DNA of 64,000 nucleotides from Candidatus Omnitrophota bacterium (GCA_030650425.1 JAUSED010000003.1:71903-135902), one strand, 5' to 3'. Numbered from the stretch's first letter, positions 26,862 through 36,024 are shown. Notes: generated from the sequence alone by a model not told the origin. Numbers and translations: made by a program.

Positions 26862-28055
26862 ATGTCAGTGATTAAAATATTACCGGATATATATTCCGTG
26901 GGGGTAGTGGATTGGAACGTGCGTAATTTTCACGGCCATACCTATACCACCAAACGAGGCACGACTTATAATGCTTATTTGATTATTGACGAGAAAATCA
27001 CCCTCGTGGATACAGTATACGGGCCATATTCTGCGGAACTGATTGAAAATATCCAGCAGATTATACCCGTAAATAAAATAGATTATATTATCGCCAACCA
27101 CGTAGAGACGGATCACTCCGGCGCGCTTCCTGCAATGATGAAACTTTGCCCGCAGGCCAAGATTTTCGGCACAGAAAAATGCAAGGACGGCCTGTACCAT
27201 TATTACTACGAAGATTGGGATTTTCAGGTGGTAAAATCCGGGGATAAGCTAAAATTAGGAAAAAGAAACCTGGAATTTATTGAGGCTCCGATGATTCACT
27301 GGCCTGATAGTATGTTTACTTATTGCCCGGAAGAAGCATTGCTTATGCCCAATGACGCCTTTGGCCAGCATCTGGCTACGCAGGAGAGATTCGCGGACGA
27401 GGTTGACCCTTGCGTGGTGTGGGATGAGGCAGCGAAGTATTACGGGAACATACTCTGGCCGTTAGGCATGGTTATTTTGAAAAAAATCGAAGAAATTAAA
27501 AAAAGAAACCTCCCGATAAAAATAATCGCTCCCAGCCACGGAGTTATCTGGCGTAAAGATCCGCTGCAAATAGTCGATAAATACGTTAGTTGGGCAAAGA
27601 ATGAAACCCTGCCTAAGGTAGTGATCGTCTATGAGTCGATGTGGGGCGCAACCGAAAAGATGGCTCGGAAAATCGTCGAAGGGATTGAAAAAGAAGGGGT
27701 AAGTGTCAAATTGTTCGATATAACCGGTTCTGACCGCACTGAGGTAATCAAAGAAATGCTGGAGGCAAGAGGTTTTCTTTTCGGTTCCTCGACGCACGAT
27801 AATGGGATGCTTACGACAATAGCCGGATTCCTTGATTTTATCCGCGGGCTTAAGCCAAAAAACAGGTTAGCTGCAGTTTTCGGCTCTTATGGTTGGGCCG
27901 CAGGGGCAGTCAAGCAAATAGAGGATATCGCTAAAGAAACCGGTATGGAGTTGGCGCTAGCAGGATTGCAGGTTAAATATATGCCTAATAAGGGGGATTT
28001 AGAGGGTTGCTTAGAATTCGGCAGGAAATTTGCCGCCGTAATAAAGGGGAGGTAA
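26862..28055 (+). CDS. fprA: Flavodiiron protein (A-type flavoprotein)
   Basis: GTTYNAYLI, NHVETDH, HWPD, NDAFGQH, PSHG, flavodoxin SMWGAT and FGSYGW. Confidence 0.93.
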   Translation: MSVIKILPDIYSVGVVDWNVRNFHGHTYTTKRGTTYNAYLIIDEKITLVDTVYGPYSAELIENIQQIIPVNKIDYIIANHVETDHSGALPAMMKLCPQAKIFGTEKCKDGLYHYYYEDWDFQVVKSGDKLKLGKRNLEFIEAPMIHWPDSMFTYCPEEALLMPNDAFGQHLATQERFADEVDPCVVWDEAAKYYGNILWPLGMVILKKIEEIKKRNLPIKIIAPSHGVIWRKDPLQIVDKYVSWAKNETLPKVVIVYESMWGATEKMARKIVEGIEKEGVSVKLFDITGSDRTEVIKEMLEARGFLFGSSTHDNGMLTTIAGFLDFIRGLKPKNRLAAVFGSYGWAAGAVKQIEDIAKETGMELALAGLQVKYMPNKGDLEGCLEFGRKFAAVIKGR

Positions 28056-28058
28056 ATA

Positions 28059-28235
28059 ATGGGTCCGATAGAAGCTTTGGAGTTGGCGCTGGGAAAAGAA
28101 ATCGAAGCCAGGGATATGTACGAGAAATTCAGTTACCAGTATCCCGCAACAAAAGAGATTTTTACTTTTCTAATGAACGAAGAAGCGAAACATAAACAGC
28201 TGATTGAGAAAAGGATAGTAGAGCTGCAAGATTAG
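28059..28235 (+). CDS. 58-aa half ferritin/rubrerythrin-like protein
   Basis: GGAGG SD. MGPIEALELALGKEIEARDMY...LMNEEAKHKQLIE, missed by the ORF track. Confidence 0.82.
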   Translation: MGPIEALELALGKEIEARDMYEKFSYQYPATKEIFTFLMNEEAKHKQLIEKRIVELQD

Positions 28236-28700
28236 ATGAAACAACTTAACGATACTATTGTTCAATTCTTTCAAAAGCAGGGATGTGTTATAATTTCAAG
28301 TATCGATAGCAACGGCTTTCCCCATAGTTCTTGTAAGGGTATAGTCAGGATTGATAAAAAAGGAAGTATTTATTTGCTTGATGCCTACAGGGGCAAAACT
28401 TTTCAAAACCTGCAAAACAATCCTAATGTAAGCGTTACGTCTTTTGACGAAGATAAATTTGTCGGCTACTGCCTTAAAGGAAGGGCGCGCCTTTTATCCA
28501 AAGAGGAAGTTGACGCCGGGATGATCAGGGCTTGGGAGGATAGAATCACCAGCAGGCTGACCCAAAGGTTGCTGAAAAATATCCGCGGTGATGCAAAAGG
28601 ACATCCTGCTCATCCGGAAGCTTTATTACCTAAACCGGAGCATATGATTGTTGTTAGTGTTAAAGAGGTAGTTGATCTTACACCGCACCATTTAAAATAA
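28236..28700 (+). CDS. Pyridoxamine 5'-phosphate oxidase-like FMN-binding protein
   Basis: SSIDSNGFPH, KTFQNLQNNPNVS, GYCLKG. Confidence 0.8.
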   Translation: MKQLNDTIVQFFQKQGCVIISSIDSNGFPHSSCKGIVRIDKKGSIYLLDAYRGKTFQNLQNNPNVSVTSFDEDKFVGYCLKGRARLLSKEEVDAGMIRAWEDRITSRLTQRLLKNIRGDAKGHPAHPEALLPKPEHMIVVSVKEVVDLTPHHLK

Positions 28701-28710
28701 AGAGGTAGGT

Positions 28711-29187
28711 ATGGGGAACATTTTTAGTGGGAGCGAAATAGTAGCAATCGGGATTCAGATTGAAAAAAACGGCCGCGATTTCTATAATGCGCTTGTCAGG
28801 CAATCGAATAACCAAAAGGCGAGAGAGGTCTTTAAATTCCTGGCAGGCGAAGAGGAGAAACATATAAAGGTATTCCAAGGTATATTGGATAAAACTGAAA
28901 AATTTGAACCTCAAGGTTTAGACGCTGATGATTATTTTGCCTATATGAGCGCTTTGGCAGGCGAGCATGTTTTTACCCAAAAAGAGAAGGGTGAGAAAAT
29001 AGCTAAGGATATTAAGAGTGATAAAGAAGCGATAGATAAAGCCATACGTTTTGAAGAGGATTCTATTGTTTTTTACGCGGGGATGAAAAAAATTGTCCCA
29101 GCGTATGACGTGAAGATAATCGAGGCCTTGATTATACAGGAAGAAGGCCATTTAAAACAGCTTATAGAGATGAAGAAGTTGATTTAG
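28711..29187 (+). CDS. Ferritin-like (rubrerythrin-type) diiron protein
   Basis: IQIEKNGRDFY, EEEKH, FEEDSIVFY, EEGH. Confidence 0.88.
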   Translation: MGNIFSGSEIVAIGIQIEKNGRDFYNALVRQSNNQKAREVFKFLAGEEEKHIKVFQGILDKTEKFEPQGLDADDYFAYMSALAGEHVFTQKEKGEKIAKDIKSDKEAIDKAIRFEEDSIVFYAGMKKIVPAYDVKIIEALIIQEEGHLKQLIEMKKLI

Positions 29188-29197
29188 AAAGGATAAT

Positions 29198-29434
29198 ATG
29201 GCTAAAAACGTAAATGTATACAGCACTCCGACTTGTCCATGGTGTGTAAGGGTTAAGCAGTTTTTAAAAGATAATAATGTTGTTTTCCAAGATTATGATG
29301 TCTCTATTGATCGAGCAAAGGGTGATGAAATGGCGCAAAAGTCCGGCCAGATGAGCGTGCCGGTAATTGATATCGAAGGCGAGATTATCGTCGGATTTGA
29401 TAAAGAGAGGATTAAAGCGGCATTGGGATTATGA
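29198..29434 (+). CDS. Glutaredoxin-like protein (NrdH/YruB)
   Basis: YSTPTCPWC, SGQMSVPVI, VGFD. Confidence 0.92.
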   Translation: MAKNVNVYSTPTCPWCVRVKQFLKDNNVVFQDYDVSIDRAKGDEMAQKSGQMSVPVIDIEGEIIVGFDKERIKAALGL

Positions 29435-30339
29435 AAATTTACGATCTTATTATTGTGGGCGCGGGGCCGGCGGGGATTACCGCCAGCGTCTACGCCGCGC
29501 GCAAGAAAATGGATTTCTTGGTGATCACCGGAGATATCGGAGGCCAGACTGCTTGGAGCGGCGATATTGAAAATTATACCGGTTATCAATTTGTCACCGG
29601 GCCCGAATTAGTGCGTAAATTCGAAGAACATATGCGCAGCTACGATACCAGCGTCCGGGAAGGCGAGGGAGTAATCGCGGTGGAAAAGAGCGGAGAATTC
29701 ATTTTGGTCGAGACTAATAAGGGAGCCCAATATCAAGCTAAAACCGCGATCATTGCTTCGGGCAAACGCTCAAGAGAACTAGGCGTTCCGGGCGAAAAAG
29801 AATATAAAAATAAAGGGATTAGTTATTGCGCGACTTGCGACGGCCCGCTTTTTAACGGTAAAGCCGTGGCGATTATCGGCGGAGGGAATTCCGCTCTGGA
29901 CGCGTGCCTGCAATTAATCAGGATCGCCAAGTATGTATATATGGTCAATAACCTTCCTAAGCTGGGTGGCGATTCGATTATGCGCCAGAAAGTGGAAGAG
30001 GCAAAAAATGTTGAAATTCTGAATAATGCTAAAGTGGCTGCTATTTTGGGCGATAAAATGGTGAACGCTATTCAGGTAAATCACGAGGGAAAAGAAAGAA
30101 CACTTCAGGTAGAGGGAGTTTTTGTTGAGATTGGGTTAATTCCTAATTCGGATTTTGTTAAGGATGTGGAAAAAAACGCCTCAGGCGAAATTAAAATAAA
30201 TAACCATAACGAAACCAATATCCCCGGTATATTTGCCGCCGGAGACGTTACGGATGTCCCGGAGAAGCAGATCATCATTGCTGCTGGTGAGGGGTCAAAG
30301 GCCTGCCTTCGCGCTTTTCGTTATTTAGCTCAGCATTAA
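29431..30339 (+). CDS. trxB: Thioredoxin reductase family protein
   Basis: GAGPAG, SYCATCDG, GGGNSA, FAAGD. Confidence 0.88.
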   Translation: MKIYDLIIVGAGPAGITASVYAARKKMDFLVITGDIGGQTAWSGDIENYTGYQFVTGPELVRKFEEHMRSYDTSVREGEGVIAVEKSGEFILVETNKGAQYQAKTAIIASGKRSRELGVPGEKEYKNKGISYCATCDGPLFNGKAVAIIGGGNSALDACLQLIRIAKYVYMVNNLPKLGGDSIMRQKVEEAKNVEILNNAKVAAILGDKMVNAIQVNHEGKERTLQVEGVFVEIGLIPNSDFVKDVEKNASGEIKINNHNETNIPGIFAAGDVTDVPEKQIIIAAGEGSKACLRAFRYLAQH

Positions 30340-30366
30340 ATGTTTACATAACCAAAGGAGGATTGA

Positions 30367-30588
30367 ATGCGTGATAGAGTTGAGAAAGCGTTAGAAAAGG
30401 TGCGGCCGATGCTTGAGGCTGATGGAGGGAATGTAGAACTAATCGATGTAACTGCTGATGGCGTGGTAAAATTAAAACTTAAGGGAAGTTGCGGCTGCTG
30501 TCCGATGAGTCAGATGACCTTAAAGATGGGGATCGAAAAGATTATTAAACAGGAAGTTCCCGAAGTAAAAGAGGTAGTGGCAATATAA
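30367..30588 (+). CDS. NifU/NfuA C-terminal domain Fe-S carrier
   Basis: VRPMLEADGGNV, GSCGCCPMSQMTL. Confidence 0.92.
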   Translation: MRDRVEKALEKVRPMLEADGGNVELIDVTADGVVKLKLKGSCGCCPMSQMTLKMGIEKIIKQEVPEVKEVVAI

Positions 30589-30608
30589 GTAGTGAATAGT
30601 GGGGAAAG

Positions 30609-31415
30609 ATGGGAGTGGAGAAAAAATTAGTTAGGCTTAAGCAGATAATTTTAGAAGCTGATTCCTGTCTGATTGCCTTTTCAGGCGGAGCAGATAGCGC
30701 GTTTTTACTCAAAATCACTTCTTTGATACTGCCAAAGAATAAAATTATCGCGGTTACGGCAAATTCCGCGACTTACCCTAAAGAAGAATTAACATCTGCC
30801 AAGAAAATAGCGGCAGGTTTTGGCGTAAGGCATAAGATAATCAATACGTTTGAATTAAATGATCGAAGATTTGTTTCCAATCCCATCAATCGCTGCTATT
30901 TTTGCAAGAAAGAGCTTTTTACGCGGTTAAAAAAAATAGCCGGGGAAAATAAGCTTAAATTTGTCTTTGACGCCAGCAATGTTTCGGATAAATCCGATTT
31001 TCGTCCGGGAGCAAAGGCAAAAAACGAATTAGGTGTGCGTTCTCCGTTGCAGGAAGCAGGCATCACCAAGCAAGAGGTGCGTATTTTAAGCAAAAAGCTG
31101 GGTTTAAGCACATGGGATAAGCCCAGCTTAGCCTGTCTTGCCTCGCGCATTCCCTATGGAACAAAAATTTCTCAGCCTATCTTGGAGCGGATTAATCAGG
31201 CCGAGGTGGTTTTACGAGGATTGGGGTTTAGCCAATCAAGAGTCAGGCATTATCACGGGCTTTGCCGGATAGAAGTCCCGAAAAAAGATATTGCCGGATT
31301 GATCAAACGGGGCCAAGGCCTAATCGACAAATTTAAAAAGTTGGGCTATAATTATATTACGGTGGATTTGGAAGGATACCGCACCGGCAGCCTAAACGAG
31401 GTGATTGGAAAATGA
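30609..31415 (+). CDS. larE: ATP-dependent sulfur transferase LarE family
   Basis: AFSGGADS, NRCYFCK, DFRPG, ACLASRIPYG, DLEGYRTGSLN. Confidence 0.9.
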   Translation: MGVEKKLVRLKQIILEADSCLIAFSGGADSAFLLKITSLILPKNKIIAVTANSATYPKEELTSAKKIAAGFGVRHKIINTFELNDRRFVSNPINRCYFCKKELFTRLKKIAGENKLKFVFDASNVSDKSDFRPGAKAKNELGVRSPLQEAGITKQEVRILSKKLGLSTWDKPSLACLASRIPYGTKISQPILERINQAEVVLRGLGFSQSRVRHYHGLCRIEVPKKDIAGLIKRGQGLIDKFKKLGYNYITVDLEGYRTGSLNEVIGK

Positions 31416-32575
31416 AAAATATTTATTTAGATTACGCGGCAACTGCTCCTTGCGATCCCGAAGTACTTAAGGCGATGGAGCCTTATTTCTTTGAGAGGTT
31501 TGGCAATGCTTCCAGTCTGCACGCTTTCGGCCAAGAAGCAAAAAAAGCGCTTGAGGATAGCCGCGAACAAACGGCTGAGTTTTTAGGGGCAAAGCCCGAA
31601 GAAATTATTTTTACTTCCGGAGGATCAGAATCAGATAATCATGTAATTTTTGGCGTAAGCGAGGCTTTAGCCGCTAAAGGTAACCATATTATCACTTCTA
31701 GCATAGAGCACCACGCGATCCTGGAACCTTGCAAGGCGTTGGAGAAAAAAGGATTTAAAGTTACCTATGTTGGCGTAGATAAAGAAGGGTTAGTCTCTCC
31801 TGATGCGATTAAGCAGGCGATCACCGATAAAACAATCCTTATTTCTGTCATGCAGGCGAATAATGAAATCGGCACCATTCAGCCGATCGCCCAAATCGGT
31901 AAAATCGCCAAAGAAAAAGGAATCTATTTTCATACCGACGCTGTACAGACAGTCGGCCACATTCCGGTAAATGTTGATGATTTGAATGTTGACCTTTTAT
32001 CACTCTCAGCGCACAAATTTTATGGGCCAAAGGGTGTAGGTGCCTTGTATGTCAGAAAAGGGACACGCATAAGCAGATTCTTATACGGCGGAGATCAGGA
32101 GAGAGGAAGGCGCGCCTCGACCAGTAATATTTCCGGAATAGCCGGTTTGGGTAAGGCTATAGATTTATGCGCTAAGACGATGGATAAGGAGGCTAAGCTT
32201 TTAATATCTCTACGCGATAAGTTAATCAAAGAGATACCCGTAAAAATCCCGGAAGTCCGGCTTAATGGGCATCCTACTCAGCGGCTTCCCAATAATGTTA
32301 ATTTTTCCATAAAATATATCGAGGGAGAATCCATGCTTTTAAGCTTAGATATGCTGGGTTTAGCCCTTTCTACGGGCTCAGCCTGCACCTCCAGTTCCCT
32401 AGAGCCTTCACATGTGCTTTTAGCTATTGGTTTAGATCACGCTACTGCCCACGGATCATTAAGGATTACTACGGGCAGATGGACTAAAGAATCTGATATT
32501 CAATATTTATTGGAAAACCTGCCTAAGGTGGCCGAGAAACTGCGCGCGATGTCTCCCCTCTACGAAAAGAAATGA
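31412..32575 (+). CDS. iscS: Cysteine desulfurase (IscS/NifS)
   Basis: YLDYAAT, HTDAVQ, SAHKFYGPKG, STGSACTS. Confidence 0.93.
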   Translation: MKNIYLDYAATAPCDPEVLKAMEPYFFERFGNASSLHAFGQEAKKALEDSREQTAEFLGAKPEEIIFTSGGSESDNHVIFGVSEALAAKGNHIITSSIEHHAILEPCKALEKKGFKVTYVGVDKEGLVSPDAIKQAITDKTILISVMQANNEIGTIQPIAQIGKIAKEKGIYFHTDAVQTVGHIPVNVDDLNVDLLSLSAHKFYGPKGVGALYVRKGTRISRFLYGGDQERGRRASTSNISGIAGLGKAIDLCAKTMDKEAKLLISLRDKLIKEIPVKIPEVRLNGHPTQRLPNNVNFSIKYIEGESMLLSLDMLGLALSTGSACTSSSLEPSHVLLAIGLDHATAHGSLRITTGRWTKESDIQYLLENLPKVAEKLRAMSPLYEKK

Positions 32576-33540
32576 GCGATTTAGTTCCTGATAAAATCTT
32601 AAGCCTCTTAAAGAAAAAAGAGAGTTACATCTCCGGCGAGGATATCAGCGCCCAGCTAAACATAAGCCGTCAGGCGCTCTGGAAACATATCCAAGATTTA
32701 AAAGATAGCGGCTATACCATCGAGGCAGTCCCTCACTTAGGTTATCGCCTTGAAGCAAGCCCTGATAGGTTGTTTGAGTTTGAGGTTTCGCGGGGCCTAA
32801 ACACCAAAACTTTAGGCAAGAAATTATTTTATTTCGATACCTTAACTTCTACCATAGATATGGCGATGGATCTGGGGGTAAAAGGCGCCTCAAGCGGAAC
32901 GCTGGTTTTGGCTGAGTCGCAGACCAAAGGTAAAGGCAGATTAGGCCGGAGTTGGTTCTCTCCTAAATATAAAGGCCTCTATATATCTTTAATTCTACGG
33001 CCGGATATGCTCCCTACGCAGGCGCCTATCCTGACTTTACTTACCGCGGTGAGTATTTGCGAGGCGATTAAAGTTGTTTCCGGTCTGGATACCCGGATCA
33101 AATGGCCGAATGATATCTTAATCAACAATAAGAAACTTTGCGGCATACTCACACAGGTAGTTTCCGAAACAGATAAAATAGATTTCGTGATTATTAGCGC
33201 CGGGGTAAATGTGAATAACGATAAGAAGGCCTTAACCGCTACAGCTACTTCTCTAAAAGAACACAAAAAAGAAGAGATATGCCGGGTGAGCCTACTGCAG
33301 GAGATATTGCGCAGGTTGGAAGAGAATTATTTAGTTTTGGAGAAGAAGGGCGCTGGGCAAATTCTGGAAAAGTGGCGTCAGCATAACACGACTTTAGGCA
33401 GGAGGGTTAAGGTGTACTGTCAGCATAAGCATAACGAAGGAGAGGCGTTGGATATAGATAGTGACGGTGGACTCTTGCTGAGAAAAGATAACGGCCTCAT
33501 TGAAAAGGTGATGGCCGGAGATGTGGTACATTGTAGATAA
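32572..33540 (+). CDS. birA: Bifunctional biotin ligase/repressor
   Basis: N-terminal HTH (ISGEDIS...WKHI), QTKGKGRLGR, KWPND, KLCGIL. Confidence 0.93.
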   Translation: MSDLVPDKILSLLKKKESYISGEDISAQLNISRQALWKHIQDLKDSGYTIEAVPHLGYRLEASPDRLFEFEVSRGLNTKTLGKKLFYFDTLTSTIDMAMDLGVKGASSGTLVLAESQTKGKGRLGRSWFSPKYKGLYISLILRPDMLPTQAPILTLLTAVSICEAIKVVSGLDTRIKWPNDILINNKKLCGILTQVVSETDKIDFVIISAGVNVNNDKKALTATATSLKEHKKEEICRVSLLQEILRRLEENYLVLEKKGAGQILEKWRQHNTTLGRRVKVYCQHKHNEGEALDIDSDGGLLLRKDNGLIEKVMAGDVVHCR

Positions 33541-33547
33541 AAAAGCC

Positions 33548-33617
33548 TTGTTATCTGAAGCAATAAGTGTTATAATTGTATCAGATATTGAAGCGATTAA
33601 TAGGCTTAATCGCTTCA
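33548..33617 (+). promoter_or_regulatory. Promoter and perfect 12-bp inverted repeat upstream of fic
   Basis: TTGTTA-17 nt-TATAAT. TGAAGCGATTAA-N5-TTAATCGCTTCA at 33589-33617. Confidence 0.7.
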
Positions 33618-33632
33618 GGAGGGAATAGCTGG

Positions 33633-34754
33633 ATGAAATACATTTGGGAAGGTAAAAATTGGTTTGATTTTAAATATGACAATGCGGCTTTGCTCGAGCC
33701 TTTAAGCAAGTTACGAGTGTTACAGGGGAAATTATTGGGCCGCGCCGCGTCTCTTGACCTTAAGCTTGAAGCCGAGGCTCAGGGCGCTATTTTGGTGGAA
33801 GAGGCGGTCAGGACTGCTGAAATTGAGGGCCAGAAGCTCAAACGTGACGCAGTCCGTTCTTCGGTAGCGGCCAGACTTGGTTTGCCGGATGGAGTGGGCA
33901 TACGCGACAGGAACGTTGATGGCTTGGTAGATGTTTTGTTGGATGCTGTCCGTTTTCATGATAAGTCTTTGACTCTGGAGCGGCTCAATGGCTGGCAGGC
34001 CGCCTTATTTCCCACCGGCTATTCAGGCTTAAGGAAAATTACTATTGGAAAACTTAGGGGAAACGAACCTATGCGAATAGTATCCGGGCCATTAGGTAAA
34101 GAAAAGGTGCATTTTGAAGCGCTGCCAAAGGATCGCCTTGATCAAGAGATGCGGCTTTTTTTGCAATGGTGGAATTCATCATTAGGCAGCATGGATGGTA
34201 TCTTACGCGCGGCAGCTGTTCATTTACGCTTTTTGACTATTCATCCATACGAAGATGGCAATGGCCGCCTGGGAAGGGCTTTAACGGATATGGCTCTGGC
34301 GCAGGATGAGAAATTAAAAGTCAGGTTTTACAGCGTCTCTTCAGAGATTATGCGTATGAAGGGAGGGTATTATAAAATCCTTGAGGATACGCAAAGATGC
34401 CGCGTTGATCCAACGGAATGGTTCCTATGGTTTATTAAATGTGTTACGGCATCCATTGAGCATTCCAGAGAGATGATTGCCAATGTATTTACGCGCGTTG
34501 ATTTCTGGAATCAACACGCGCAAACAGAGCTTAATGAGCGTCAGAAAAAAGTTATAAATCGTATTTTGGAAGCTGGTCCCGGTAATTTTGTTGGCGGCTT
34601 GACAACGCGTAAATATGTGAGTATGGCTAAGACAAGCCGGGCTACGGCATTTCGTGAAATTACAGATCTGCTTGATAAGAAAATCCTGCGGCAATTGTCC
34701 GGTAAAGGCCGAAGTGTGCATTATGATTTAGTCTGGCCGAAGATGGCTCAGTAA
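33633..34754 (+). CDS. Fic family protein with DUF4172-type N-terminus and C-terminal HTH
   Basis: MKYIWE...W, AEIEG, Fic motif HPYEDGNGRLGR, TSRATAFRE. Confidence 0.92.
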   Translation: MKYIWEGKNWFDFKYDNAALLEPLSKLRVLQGKLLGRAASLDLKLEAEAQGAILVEEAVRTAEIEGQKLKRDAVRSSVAARLGLPDGVGIRDRNVDGLVDVLLDAVRFHDKSLTLERLNGWQAALFPTGYSGLRKITIGKLRGNEPMRIVSGPLGKEKVHFEALPKDRLDQEMRLFLQWWNSSLGSMDGILRAAAVHLRFLTIHPYEDGNGRLGRALTDMALAQDEKLKVRFYSVSSEIMRMKGGYYKILEDTQRCRVDPTEWFLWFIKCVTASIEHSREMIANVFTRVDFWNQHAQTELNERQKKVINRILEAGPGNFVGGLTTRKYVSMAKTSRATAFREITDLLDKKILRQLSGKGRSVHYDLVWPKMAQ

Positions 34755-34830
34755 TTAGCCCAAAAAAAGTCCCCATTTTTTTCCTTGTAGATATACAGCT
34801 TGGATGTATAATAAAATCGAGGTGATAAGA

Positions 34831-35019
34831 ATGGTTCAGACATTAATAAAAGACAGTGGTTATGAAGGAAAATATGTAGCTTTAAAGAGTTTTGAGGACT
34901 CTACTGTTATTAGCTACGGAAGCACTCCCGCGGAAGCTTACGAAAAAGCTGTGGGAAAAGGATTTGCTAAGCCCGTATTGGTATTTGTACCCCTAAAAGA
35001 TATGGTACAAATTTATTAA
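34831..35019 (+). CDS. DUF5678-like small protein
   Basis: GAGGTG SD. YEGKYVAL...VISYG...EAYEKA...P. Confidence 0.72.
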   Translation: MVQTLIKDSGYEGKYVALKSFEDSTVISYGSTPAEAYEKAVGKGFAKPVLVFVPLKDMVQIY

Positions 35020-35426
35020 TGGAAATAGCAAGCATACCTTTTAGAAAGTTTGGGCCAAACGACATCCCGAGGCCATGGCTGCCCATTACTATTATAAATC
35101 CCCACGCGGATAAAGAAATCGAAGTATATGGCTTGATTGATACTGGCGCCGATGAATGCGCTTTACCGGCTCAATACGCGCCTCTTATTGGCCATAATTT
35201 GCAGGCAGGTTATCCCAAAGAAATTAATACAGGAAATGGAAAGACATTGGCTTATTCTCATACAATATGTTTAGAAATCCAGGATTTTACAATCAAAGAT
35301 GTTTTGATAGATTTCATGCCTAATCTTTCTGTGCCGCTCTTGGGCACAAAGAGCTTTCTTAGTAATTTTATGCTTACCATAGATTATCCAAATTCTACTT
35401 TTTCAATTATTAAAAGTAAATCGTAG
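35019..35426 (+). CDS. Retropepsin-like (clan AA) aspartic protease
   Basis: RPWLPI, GLIDTGAD, LLG-x-x-FL. TAATG coupling with the upstream gene. Confidence 0.85.
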   Translation: MEIASIPFRKFGPNDIPRPWLPITIINPHADKEIEVYGLIDTGADECALPAQYAPLIGHNLQAGYPKEINTGNGKTLAYSHTICLEIQDFTIKDVLIDFMPNLSVPLLGTKSFLSNFMLTIDYPNSTFSIIKSKS

Positions 35427-35609
35427 AAATAAAATTTTAACTATCCTTCAGGCCGGCGCCTTAAAGAACTAATTGCCGCTTGTGTGCAAAAGAAGGAGAT
35501 TAGCGGATATCTGCAAGTTGGAAGAAGAGAACGCTTATGATACTGAGCCGGAGATGAAGGAGGCATTGGTATTTGTGGATACGGTGAGCTAAAATATACA
35601 TAGATGAGG

Positions 35610-35636
35610 AAAAAATGGGGACAGTCCCCATTTTTT
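35610..35636. repeat. GGGGAC-type minimal palindrome
   Basis: AAAAAATGGGGAC-A-GTCCCCATTTTTT. Confidence 0.75.
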
Positions 35637-35672
35637 AAGGTACGGTGTAATAAAAAATATCCTATATTTCGG

Positions 35673-35823
35673 TTGACAAATCCGGAATTTAAGGTATACT
35701 TAATTCCAATGGTAATAAGGTGGTAGAAGTCTTGAACCGTAAGGAGAAAGAGCGACACGCCTTACGGTTTTTTTCTACACGGCCGAATTACCAAAATTTA
35801 AGAAGGAAGGAGGAATTGCAGTA
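35673..35823 (+). promoter_or_regulatory. cspA promoter and structured 5' UTR
   Basis: TTGACA-16 nt-TATACT. Nested stems GGTAAT/ATTACC, GTAGAA/TTCTAC, AACCGTAAGG/CCTTACGGTT. Confidence 0.65.
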
Positions 35824-36024
35824 ATGGCAAAAGGTAAAGTAAAGTGGTTTTCCAACCAGAAAGGTTATGGATTTATTACTCCTGAGAATGGCAGCGATGT
35901 GTTCGTGCATCATACAGCTATACAGGGTGATGGCTATAAGACTTTAGAAGAGGGCCAGGAAGTTGAGTTTGAAATTGAAAAAGGTCCGAAGGGCGAGCAA
36001 GCTACAAAAGTAAACAAGTTATAA
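35824..36024 (+). CDS. cspA: Cold-shock protein
   Basis: KGKVKWF, KGYGFI, DVFVHH, LEEGQ. Confidence 0.96.
   Translation: MAKGKVKWFSNQKGYGFITPENGSDVFVHHTAIQGDGYKTLEEGQEVEFEIEKGPKGEQATKVNKL

Noticed and set aside
25200-28195. Track ORFs 25200-25571 (-) and 28007-28195 (+)
   Set aside because: They are shadows overlapping the real rubredoxin/tpx and half-ferritin genes, which have SDs and motifs.
21611-32575. Selenocysteine recoding in redox genes
   Set aside because: The redox motifs inspected (CPWC, CATC, Tpx Cys, rubredoxin) are ordinary Cys codons, and no ORF appears truncated at a catalytic TGA.
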